Assembly (NCBI GenBank): GCA_947426305.1
Contig: CANEDP010000006.1
Span: forward strand, 1,922-65,921
Length of the DNA stretch: 64,000 bases
Reading direction: 5' to 3'
Source of the DNA: an uncultured Clostridia bacterium
GTDB lineage: Bacteria; Bacillota; Clostridia; TANB77; CAG-508
This document shows positions 11,484 to 21,500 of this stretch, piece by piece. Every line of letters begins with the position of its first letter. Within the stretch, counting starts at the first letter, position 1. The notes below the pieces were generated by a model. The model saw only the letters and a program-made list of their open reading frames with translations. It made no database searches and had not been told where the DNA came from. Position numbers and translations under genes: made by a program.

Positions 11484-11512
11484 TAAAAGATAAAACCGCC
11501 GATTGGCGGTCT
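11484..11512 (-). terminator. rho-independent terminator after the 2353-aa gene (possibly bidirectional)
   Basis: ACCGCC-gatt-GGCGGT hairpin (11495..11510) flanked by A-run and T-run, 8 nt beyond the stop at 11519. Confidence 0.75.
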
Positions 11513-11518
11513 TATTTT

Positions 11519-14500
11519 TTATTTGATTAATCCTGTTGGTGGTGAAATTGTAATAATTTCTGCTGCGTCTGTATCATTTTCATATTTGTTTACTCCTGTC
11601 CAATTTTTAGCAACATTTGCATTTCCAATTACGCCTCCACCTTCTACATTTGATGAATTTACTTTTGGTAAAGTGGTTCTTCTTCCTGTTACAGTCGTAT
11701 ATTGCACAACTTCTGCAATGTTTTCATAGCTTAGTCCTTTTCCTAAACTAACGTCATCTGCTGCTATTACTTTGGTTGCAACAACGCTAATCATTCCATT
11801 TGTTTGACCCTCTTTTGATTTAACAGGATATTTGAAGTCTGATAATTTTTCATTACCTTTTCCGTCTTGATTGTTTCCTGCTTTATTGCTGTCTACCGAT
11901 AAAGCAAGGTTCGTCTTTTTATCTGTTGTGTATCGAATGCCTTTGTTGTCAATTAAGTTATTGGTTTTATCCAAATTTACATTTTCTTTATCTAGCACTT
12001 TCCCTTCTATTAATTCTGCTGATGTTACAGCTTGCCATAGTCGGTTTGGTTTGTTGTTTTCAGATGAACTAAATGTAAAATCATTGTCTACATAGTCTAA
12101 AATGTTATCCACTTTTAGCATAGCAACTTTATCGTTTGCTCCAATCTTACCTGTATAGTAAGTTTCTCCTAAGTACATTCCATAATATCCTTGACCTTTT
12201 AACTTTGAATCACCTTTTACTGTTATTTCCCCATTTGCTATATATGGTTTCTTCAATTTTGTTAAATAAGTGAATAATTCAGTTCCTGTTGATGTATCGT
12301 AATTATAGTTAGCATAATATTGGCTTGCCATGAATTGTGCAGCTGTAGCATTCGCATTATAAGTGTATTTAATGTCATTTTCTTTATTAACGTTATGGGT
12401 TGTATAAACACCTGTATATTGTTTTCCTGCAGCCTGAGATTCATATTTTATTTCGTCTAAATTTGCATTGATTCTATCTACTTCACTTTCATTGGTTGCT
12501 GTCATTTCGTATTCCACTTTGATGGTACAACCTTCTAAAATATCTGTATCCATATTGATGTAAACAAAACCTTGTTCTTTCTTCTCGTTATTTTGTAAAA
12601 ATTGCACATTTTCGTAACCAATTGATTTTTGCTCATTAATCTTTCTCTCACCGAGTTCCCCTTCAAAGTACAATTTAATTAGTGTTTTGTTGTCAGAAGT
12701 TACTAATTCTAATGTTGAAATTTCTTTGTCTAGCATAATTGAAGCTTCTGGTCTATATTCTAGTCCAAAATCTAAGTTATGAATTTGCCACAATCTCGTA
12801 GTATTCGTATTAAAGTTTTGTCCATTTTTTCTATATTGGGATGGCACGATGTGTGATTCTTTAGACATTAAGTCTTCTGGTTTTACATAGAAAATTGCTG
12901 TTTCTGCATACATATGTGTATTTTTTGTTAAAGATTCTTTGAATCTATTAAGTTCATTAAATACTTTGGCTTGCATTGCTGTCATGGTTTCAGAATAGGA
13001 GTTTACGTTTAATCTTCTGATTTCGTCGTCTTGAGCATCTGAATAATTTTTCTGTGATAAAGTATTTTTTACTTTATCAAAATAACTAAACTTATCTGAA
13101 CTTCCTATATTGTCATTATCTCCATATGAATTATCTTTATTGTAATACAATAATTTTCCATCATATTCATTATAGTAAGTTGTTGATTTGTAGTCTTGAC
13201 CATTGTAAATTATGCATTGGTCGATTGCACTATTATCTCCATAATCAAATCTTACTTTATAATATCCTGGAATAAAGTGATCTAATTGATATGCACCGTT
13301 TTTATCTGTCCTAGTTTCAATTAAACTGCCTTTTTTATGAATTATTGTGCCATTTTTATCTCTTACTTCATATGTATATCTTGCAGGGTATTCATAATAA
13401 CAACTTCCAATTTGTACTACTTCAACTAAAGAAACTTTTACACCTTCAATTGCTTTGTCCCCTTCTCCAACATTTGGATTTGTTAATGCATTTTCGTGAT
13501 TTCCATCTCCATTTTCAGAATCTATGTATTTATTATAAATACCATTTCCTAAATATTGAACACCTTTTAAATCATCTACCTTTGCTATTTCAGACCTCGT
13601 GTCTTCAAATACCATACCAGTAATTGTTCTTTCGTCAGAACGTTTTGTTTTGCTCTCATGATCTTTGTCTGGAGAATGTCCATCTAGCAAACCAACCTTG
13701 ATTCCTACTTTGTAGGTATCATCTTCATAATTTTCGTAATCTCGATAATCATTATAATACACTTTATTTGACTCTTTATTGTCTTTATCATAAATTAATA
13801 AATTGCCTGGATTTGAGTCTCTGTCAACTAGAGCTGCATATTTTCCTGCTAAACCTTTATGGAAATAATCGTCTGCATATTTTGCGGTGTATGCTGATAT
13901 TTCAGCAATTACTTCCAGTCCCATATCCTCGTCTTCTGTAATTTTTAGATTTCTAGTATTTTTTTCCTTATCTACTGTTAGAGTAATATAAACTTCAACA
14001 TATTCTCCTTCTTTTAAATATAAATTTTCCATTCCAGTTAGGTACATTACTTGATATTCATCATGAAGCGCACCCTTAGAATTTTCATATATTGCAACAT
14101 CGTTGATTGTTAATTCCCCTTTTTTTATTTCATTTTTATTAGCATCTCTGACACTATAATTTATTCTTGATACACGAGGTGTCTTATCTTCTAATAATCC
14201 TGTTTCTGCATTTTTCTCTTTTACTGTAACTGTGCTTGTATTATCAGCTTTTATAAAGTTTTTATCGTAGTAAATGGTTAATTCATTAATTGCTGTTTCT
14301 ACTGGAATATCTTTTTTGGCTTCTTTGTCTACATTGGACTCATCACCTGTAATAACATTATTTGTTATTTTAACTCGGTAGGTTACTTCTGTGTTAAGTT
14401 CGCTTGAATTGATATCTACTTCATTTTGTGTTTTTGATTCTTCTGTTGTTTTGTATTTTTGTATCTGGCCATCTTCATTATACTCTTGTACCGCATTTCC

Positions 14501-17500
14501 TGTATTATTTCCCTTTTTATAATATTCATTATCTCCTGAAGTTCTATAATAATAGTCAGTTGTATATATGTCTAAGTCATAGGCTTCATCTAAACGATAT
14601 GCATTTGGTTCTTGATTATAAGTAGATTTTGTTGAATCTGCATTATTTTCAGAATAATCATATGTCATCTCTTCACCGTTTATAGTTGTTTTAACCGTGT
14701 GAACATCTGCTTCAAGCGAAAGGTCAACTTCTTCTCTTTTTACCAATCCTAGGTTAATGTATTTTAGATATTCTGTTTCAACTACTCTTGTCTTTTCAGT
14801 TTTCCACTTATTGGCTGATTCTGTTCCATTAAAATTCGCGTAACGTGGATAGTTGTAAGAGTTAGAATATGAATATTCAAACAATGACAATGTATGCGTG
14901 TTTTCTGCTCTATGTGTTTGTTGCCAGTTATCTCCATTTACATCATTTCGATAGCTTTGATTAATAAAACTTCTGGCTGTCATTCTTGTATTGGGTTGAG
15001 CATTTTCTTCATTTAACGTACTTTTGTGATTATCTTTTGTATACTCTAGTTTGATTCCACTTTCATAGGCCTGATTAAACCCAATTGTTTTATTTGCTTC
15101 ATTAAATTGACTTCTTGTATTATCAAATTCATAAGCATTTGAGTCCATCATGTATTGTGTTCTTCCAGCCATTCCAAAAGCTTTCTGATGAATAACTGCT
15201 TCACTTTGACTTTCTGGTAAGCCATTATATCCTTGACGCCAATAACTAATTGTCTCATTTGTTGCATTATCGCCAACGCTTAAGTTTCCTGCACCACGTG
15301 TTTCTCCATCATTTATTCCACCATAAACTTCTGTTGCTTTATACATTTGACCATAATATTCAAATTCTACATAATAGTTAATTAATGTATTTGGGTTTGT
15401 ATAATTTCCATCACTGTCTTTCCACGATTTATTTACTCTACCAAAATTGTAATAACCGTCTTCTTCACGTTGTTCATTTCTGTAGGTTTTGGTTTCCTTG
15501 ATTAGTATATATTCTTCTGGCTCATCTGGATTGGTATTACCATATAATCTTACGACTACTCCATTTTTTCCGCCTTCTCCATTATCTTGATAACCATTTC
15601 GGTTTTCGTCTATCCAAACTGTACCAGAAATGATTAGGTCTTTTAGGCGGACATAGTTTGTATAAACTGTTTTATTGTTATCCTTCTGATCGTTTGTTTC
15701 TTCAAGAGCAAGGTTCTCTGTTGTTACAATTCGGTCGTCATTACGATTTAGTATTCGATTGTCTTCATCTTTTCTATTAATGTTACTTAATGTTATAATC
15801 TCGGATTTAAATTTTAAATTCTGTATACATAAATTACTTTCTGTTGCTTCCACATCCGAAAAATAGAATAAAGCGTCTCCTGGGCATAAAATAATATTTT
15901 CATCAATTATGTAATACGTATAAATCCATTGTGATCCTGTGTCTGTCAGCGTTTGCTTGATTCGATTTTGGTATTGGTCATTACTTACTTCTTCGTATTG
16001 TTCACTTGAGGCATGATACCAATATATTTTATAACCATATTGTGTTAGTCCATAATCAATAGTTTGTTTTATTTCTGTTGGTCTGACACGAGTTTTGTAT
16101 TTTTTATAAGACTCTCTCTTGTTTTCTGCTTCACCAACAGATTCGTTTCGAATAATAGTTTTATAGCGTAATGTTTCATATTTTTCAAGTTCTAAAGGTA
16201 AATTATTTGAATAAGTTTTCTTTTGTGTTTCAAAGCCTTCTATATCTATTGCATCTTCAGTTGCATTGTAATAATTCTGACTTTCCAATTGGGTAAACCC
16301 ATTTTTATCATTATAAAAAGTCATTTCAGCATTATAGGTGTCGATATATTCTTCTAATGGAGCATTATAACTATTTAAACAATATCTCTCTTTGACAGTA
16401 GTTCTACCACTTGTATTTTCAATTGGATTTGCTTCATGTGTGTTTCTATTATTTCTATTATACACTTCTGTAAGTGATAAAGTTGTTGTTTCTAATGTAT
16501 CCTTTTTTACTTCTTCTGCGACTAATGTTAAAGTAATTGTCGTTGTTGAATTCCTTCCTATTCTTACTTTAGAAAATTCAACTTTTTTACTATCTTTATT
16601 TTCTTTATAATTTTCATATGTATCTGTTGAACTGATACTTCGTAGTTGGTATTTTTTAGGGAGTTCAAAAATTAAATCAGCTGTTACTGTATCTGGATTA
16701 AACCATGGTTCAGAAGCATTATCCACACCATAATTAGTATTATATAAAACAAATTTATAAGTGATAACATCTCCATATTCCACAAATACCGAATCATTTA
16801 ATTTCCAATTATTTTCTCTTTTTTCTCTCGTTTCTGATAAATAAGTTACCCCTGTTCCCCCTCGAGTTTCTTGATGATTTACTTTCACAATATATTGGTC
16901 AATAGAAATTTCATATTTTTTAGTAGTGAAAGCATCTTGGTCTTCTTCGATTCTACTAAAGCGTGATTTTGCAACGTTTTTCATATCATATGTTTCAGCT
17001 TTAGTGGCAAAAACTTTTACAATTTTTGCTGTACTGATTGCTTTATTATAATTTGCAATATTCATTCTTGCAATTAGTGTAATTTCTTTTGTAACTGGTG
17101 TTGTTGGTAGTGTTCCCTGAGATGATGTTGCTTCTGGCATTGGTACTAGTTTCCAATTAACTGGATTTCCGTTTCCATCATGCGTAGCAGATATAAAAGT
17201 TGCTTCTGTTGGTAAAATCCCCTCAATGTTAATATAAATGTTTGCTTTTGTATAATTTTCTACAATAATCTTATAAATAATTTCATCGCCCAATTCTCCA
17301 ACTGCTGGTTGTGATAGTTTTGTTGCAGTATTCCAGTTCTTCCTTCCTCCAATCCCAGAACCAACAACCATACTGCCACTTTTATAATGGTCTTCGCCAC
17401 CAATTGAGTGGATATAATGTTTAATAGCAACATCACTGTTAATTCTAAAAGAAAAGTTTGAATCTTTTGACATTACTGTATTTCCCGTTTGTTTATTACT

Positions 17501-18580
17501 TCTAGAATAAGTTCCATCATTTCCCGTAGGTTGTGCATCTTCACTATTTTGACATAATGAATATAAAATTTTTACACTATAATCATAAAAATATTTTGTA
17601 ACATTTACATCTACTACATTGCTACTTAAGTCACCTGTATTAATCTTAATTGTATATTGATAATTTCCACTTCCTTCTATTTTTTTATTGGATGGTACTG
17701 CTACTAAAGTACCGTTCGTAATTTCAATTTTGCCAAATTCTCCTTCATACGTTGTTGTTGTACCATTTTTTGTACCTGTTGGTACAGAACCAAATATAAT
17801 AGGAAAATCTAAATACATATAAAATTCTTCATCAGGTAGTAGTCCTTCTGTAGGAGAAACTGGTAATGTTTTACCAATTACACTATTTATGTTAATATTT
17901 TCATGTGCTTCTATATCATAAAACTTTCTCTCATTTTGATATTCTTGTGCATTAGAAAAGCCCGTATTTTCAGCATGGCTATCATCCAAACCTCCACCAA
18001 TTTTTTTAGAAACATTACCTCCTTCTGCCCATATAGCAGCTTGAACTCCTAATCTTCCTCTTTTGGTTTCAGAATTAGAGTCTTCTTTATAATTATACAT
18101 TACACATCCTGCCGTTTGAGTAAAATCAGCTGTATGTCCAAAAACCGGTTCCCAATAATAGTTTGTATGCCAAAATTTCATTTTCTTACTACTATCATGA
18201 CTATCTATGTGTGTAACCCATCCTGGATTATGTTCAAAACTATGCATCGATTTACCAGCATACATACAATAATATTCTCCGCCGAATTCTAATAAATCAG
18301 ATGATGTAAACCACCAATGTTCCGCATTGTCTGTTGACGTAAAATTTCCACCACGCAACACTTCTTCTGTATGTGTTTGAGCATCATGATGTATTGTTGT
18401 ATTATTTACTACTTCATCCCATGCTGGTTTATCTGTTACTGTTACTGTTTCGTACCAGTGATCACACCCATTATACCATTTACTCACCTCATACGCTAAG
18501 TCTTCTTTAAACATCAGAATAATTAATAACATAATTATTCCCATAAAAAAGTATTTTATCTTACCTTCCAAATTATTCAC
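11519..18580 (-). CDS. giant secreted surface protein, B-type (2353 aa), no C-terminal anchor
   Basis: Track ORF. The GTG at 18580 abuts the SD, so the likelier start is TTG 18571 (GGAGGtgaataaTTG). TM/signal sequence FFMGIIMLLIILMF. N-terminal domain with YYCMYAGKSMH .. LGVQAAIWA. SdrD-B-like segment ISGTVWIDENRNGYQDNGE. Ends ..ITISPPTGLIK with no hydrophobic tail. The upstream gene's stop TAG is immediately followed by this gene's SD (operon). Confidence 0.85.
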   Translation of the reverse strand: MNNLEGKIKYFFMGIIMLLIILMFKEDLAYEVSKWYNGCDHWYETVTVTDKPAWDEVVNNTTIHHDAQTHTEEVLRGGNFTSTDNAEHWWFTSSDLLEFGGEYYCMYAGKSMHSFEHNPGWVTHIDSHDSSKKMKFWHTNYYWEPVFGHTADFTQTAGCVMYNYKEDSNSETKRGRLGVQAAIWAEGGNVSKKIGGGLDDSHAENTGFSNAQEYQNERKFYDIEAHENININSVIGKTLPVSPTEGLLPDEEFYMYLDFPIIFGSVPTGTKNGTTTTYEGEFGKIEITNGTLVAVPSNKKIEGSGNYQYTIKINTGDLSSNVVDVNVTKYFYDYSVKILYSLCQNSEDAQPTGNDGTYSRSNKQTGNTVMSKDSNFSFRINSDVAIKHYIHSIGGEDHYKSGSMVVGSGIGGRKNWNTATKLSQPAVGELGDEIIYKIIVENYTKANIYINIEGILPTEATFISATHDGNGNPVNWKLVPMPEATSSQGTLPTTPVTKEITLIARMNIANYNKAISTAKIVKVFATKAETYDMKNVAKSRFSRIEEDQDAFTTKKYEISIDQYIVKVNHQETRGGTGVTYLSETREKRENNWKLNDSVFVEYGDVITYKFVLYNTNYGVDNASEPWFNPDTVTADLIFELPKKYQLRSISSTDTYENYKENKDSKKVEFSKVRIGRNSTTTITLTLVAEEVKKDTLETTTLSLTEVYNRNNRNTHEANPIENTSGRTTVKERYCLNSYNAPLEEYIDTYNAEMTFYNDKNGFTQLESQNYYNATEDAIDIEGFETQKKTYSNNLPLELEKYETLRYKTIIRNESVGEAENKRESYKKYKTRVRPTEIKQTIDYGLTQYGYKIYWYHASSEQYEEVSNDQYQNRIKQTLTDTGSQWIYTYYIIDENIILCPGDALFYFSDVEATESNLCIQNLKFKSEIITLSNINRKDEDNRILNRNDDRIVTTENLALEETNDQKDNNKTVYTNYVRLKDLIISGTVWIDENRNGYQDNGEGGKNGVVVRLYGNTNPDEPEEYILIKETKTYRNEQREEDGYYNFGRVNKSWKDSDGNYTNPNTLINYYVEFEYYGQMYKATEVYGGINDGETRGAGNLSVGDNATNETISYWRQGYNGLPESQSEAVIHQKAFGMAGRTQYMMDSNAYEFDNTRSQFNEANKTIGFNQAYESGIKLEYTKDNHKSTLNEENAQPNTRMTARSFINQSYRNDVNGDNWQQTHRAENTHTLSLFEYSYSNSYNYPRYANFNGTESANKWKTEKTRVVETEYLKYINLGLVKREEVDLSLEADVHTVKTTINGEEMTYDYSENNADSTKSTYNQEPNAYRLDEAYDLDIYTTDYYYRTSGDNEYYKKGNNTGNAVQEYNEDGQIQKYKTTEESKTQNEVDINSSELNTEVTYRVKITNNVITGDESNVDKEAKKDIPVETAINELTIYYDKNFIKADNTSTVTVKEKNAETGLLEDKTPRVSRINYSVRDANKNEIKKGELTINDVAIYENSKGALHDEYQVMYLTGMENLYLKEGEYVEVYITLTVDKEKNTRNLKITEDEDMGLEVIAEISAYTAKYADDYFHKGLAGKYAALVDRDSNPGNLLIYDKDNKESNKVYYNDYRDYENYEDDTYKVGIKVGLLDGHSPDKDHESKTKRSDERTITGMVFEDTRSEIAKVDDLKGVQYLGNGIYNKYIDSENGDGNHENALTNPNVGEGDKAIEGVKVSLVEVVQIGSCYYEYPARYTYEVRDKNGTIIHKKGSLIETRTDKNGAYQLDHFIPGYYKVRFDYGDNSAIDQCIIYNGQDYKSTTYYNEYDGKLLYYNKDNSYGDNDNIGSSDKFSYFDKVKNTLSQKNYSDAQDDEIRRLNVNSYSETMTAMQAKVFNELNRFKESLTKNTHMYAETAIFYVKPEDLMSKESHIVPSQYRKNGQNFNTNTTRLWQIHNLDFGLEYRPEASIMLDKEISTLELVTSDNKTLIKLYFEGELGERKINEQKSIGYENVQFLQNNEKKEQGFVYINMDTDILEGCTIKVEYEMTATNESEVDRINANLDEIKYESQAAGKQYTGVYTTHNVNKENDIKYTYNANATAAQFMASQYYANYNYDTSTGTELFTYLTKLKKPYIANGEITVKGDSKLKGQGYYGMYLGETYYTGKIGANDKVAMLKVDNILDYVDNDFTFSSSENNKPNRLWQAVTSAELIEGKVLDKENVNLDKTNNLIDNKGIRYTTDKKTNLALSVDSNKAGNNQDGKGNEKLSDFKYPVKSKEGQTNGMISVVATKVIAADDVSLGKGLSYENIAEVVQYTTVTGRRTTLPKVNSSNVEGGGVIGNANVAKNWTGVNKYENDTDAAEIITISPPTGLIK

Positions 18581-18585
18581 CTCCT

Positions 18586-21500
18586 CTACTTATAAATTTT
18601 CTTAATTCCCTTTTTCAAATTAAAACTAATCTCAATTCTTCCAGTGGATATCATATATCCAAACATTCCAATCATCGCAATCACACTGACACTTATAACA
18701 CTAACAAGTTTATAACTAACTCCCTGCGTCAATGTGAGAATGGTTTCTTGTGTTGCAAAATTGTTGGAAACAGCCTCAGTTAATCTTGAGTCACTTTCGC
18801 TATAGGCAATTCTTACTTTGTTGCTTACAACTCCTGTGTTGTCTTCTGTCATATTTTTCGTTAATATTAACATAATTTCCTTACTTTCTCCTGGAGCAAT
18901 ATCCATTCCTTTTAATTCGTCATTGTATACACTTCCTTTGATAACACCCGCTGACCAATTCTCGTTCTCAGATTGATAAAAAGTCATTCCATTTGGAATA
19001 TAATCTACAATACTTGTTGCTCTTCCCGATACACTTCCAACATTCGTAACTACAATTTTGTAGGTCAATTTCACAATTGCTTTATCAATATCTTTTGGAT
19101 TAATTTCAAGTTTAGCTAAACTTAAATTCTCAAAATCAAGGACTTCATTTTCATCTCCTATTTGAATCGAGGCATTCGTTAAGTATTGGTTGATTTTTAA
19201 ATCGAATTTTTCTTTTTCAACTAAGCCTGCATTGACATTACTCAAAGAATTGTTTTCGATTTTAATTGTATCGGTAACTGCCACTCCTTCTTCGATTTCA
19301 ACGGTTTCTGATGTTTCTGGAGCACTCACATACGAATCTTCGTCATAGTTATAAACGACGCTATATTCCCCTTCTTTCAAGCCTTGGAAAGAATAATTTC
19401 CATATGAATCTGTGGTTGTTGCTTGTATCATGCTAGAATCCTTCAAAAGTTGCACTTTCACTTGCGATTTGATATTACCACTGATATCTGCATACACATT
19501 TCCTGAAATTGAATATCCTTTATTATCAGATATCTCTTCTTGTTTATTTTGCAATGCATGAATTACAAGATTAAGCGGGTTGGATTGTTTTTCATTTCCA
19601 CTTTTGGTTTTAACATCAAAAATGCTTACATAATGATAATCCTCTTCTAATTCAAAAGTCATATTGACTTCGCCAGTTAGCACAACTTCCACTGTTTCTC
19701 CACCTTTAATCTCTTTATAAATTTCAACATCATTAAATGAATACAATTGCTTACTTTCTCCATTGCAAATTAATTTTGTATCATTGATATTTAAATATTT
19801 AGGTACATTTTGGTAAATTGTAATTGGCTCAGTTGCACTGCTATTATTAGTTATAAGTATTTTCATTTCAAATGTATCACCAAGATTAAATTCTGTTTGG
19901 TTAATGGTTTGCTTTACATCAAGGTCTGCTTTTCCTGTTTCAAAATGAAGTTCGTTTGAATCGTAGACTTTCTCACGACTATCATTACTCCAAACACTAA
20001 ATTTTGAACTTGCTATTAGGTAATTAGATGGTAAATCTTGAATTGTAGAATGAAGAAAAATTGTTTCTCCATCTTGATCAATATCTCCAATATCTATAAG
20101 AAGTCTTCCACTTTCACTTGAATAGTTTAGTTCTCTCTCATAAGTACTGACACCAGAAACCTCAAGATAACTTGGCAAGTCACAAGCCATGATAACATTT
20201 CTTATAGTTTCATCTGTGTTATTAGCAATACTAATACCATAATTTATTTCGTCTCCTTTCGTCGGCAAAGACATATCTAAGGCAAAATTAGCTTTTACTC
20301 TAATATCACCTTTTCTGGCTTCTAAATAATATTTTTGATTAGCTCCTTTCAATTCTGCATATCCATCAAGCGTCGTCAAATCCGCTTGACTGTCTTTGAC
20401 TTTTACTTGAAACTCAAACGTTTTTTTCTTGCCAATTGCTAAATCCTCAATGATAAATTCTTTAAATCTAACAGATTCATCGTCAATATATTCTTGAATT
20501 TTATTGCTTAAATCATCTACATATAGCGAAGATTGTGTGTATACGGTTCCTGTTGGAATGGTGACATATAATTTGTCATCTTTTAAGTCTCCTTTGGAAT
20601 TATTTTTAACTTCAACTTCTAATGTTACAATTTGTCCATAGCAAATATTATTATTGTCGTTTTTGGGTTTTACTGTAATCGTATAATCTGGCGTTTTTTC
20701 AGTCGCTAAGCCTACTTTATCTGCTTCTGTGCTTTCATACGAAACTAAATTTTCTGAAAGGCTATTATAAAATCCCCCAAAACTTCCATAGAACATTTTG
20801 TCGTATGGTAATTGTTCTGGAATTTCAAAATCATAACTAAATTTTAGAATACTTCCTGCTGATAAATTTCCGTCTACAACCATCATATACGATTTTATTT
20901 GACTAAAATCTTCCACTTCCGTCATCCAACCATTGGTACTGTCATTCAAATCTTTGGTTACTTTTTCGTTTGTAGAATAGTAAATTGTAGCCGAATTCGA
21001 ATTTTGAGAATCTGCTTGAATTCCCTTTAGTAATTTTGTCGTAACATTAGTGCCTAAATCTTTTTTACTGACGATGCTTGTATTTCCTTCAAAAGGTATT
21101 TTTCCTAAAAATACAATATCAGAGCATACATTATTAGTATTATTACTTGCTACCAATTCCATTTTTACAATCTGCGAATTAGCATATGTTTTAATTTCTG
21201 CTGTTTTTTCACCTTGATTAATCGAACCTATTTTGCTATTCTGACCATCATAATTGACAATAGCATTCGATGTTATCAATCCACTTGGTGCTTGTAAATT
21301 TACGATTGCAACATCAAAACCATTGGTATCTTTTAAGATATCTTTTGGCATTGATTTGTTCACAGTCCATTTGGTTTGTGCTTTATAATTGGTTACTGCT
21401 TCATTGTAATAATATAGTTTGATTTGGTCTTGCTTCTTTGGTGTGTATTCTTCTAATGTTAGATTTAAATTTAAAATAATATTCGTACCATTTGTAATAG

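Noticed and set aside
11519-11560. C-terminal ISPPTGLIK of the 2353-aa protein as a (S/P)PxTG sortase signal.
   Set aside because: Only three residues follow the TG. There is no hydrophobic segment or basic tail, so it cannot be a canonical sorting signal. It is noted only as a curiosity.
18578-18580. GTG 18580 as the start of the 2353-aa protein.
   Set aside because: The GTG directly abuts the GGAGG, leaving no spacer. TTG 18571, 7 nt downstream of the SD, is more plausible. The product is otherwise unchanged.
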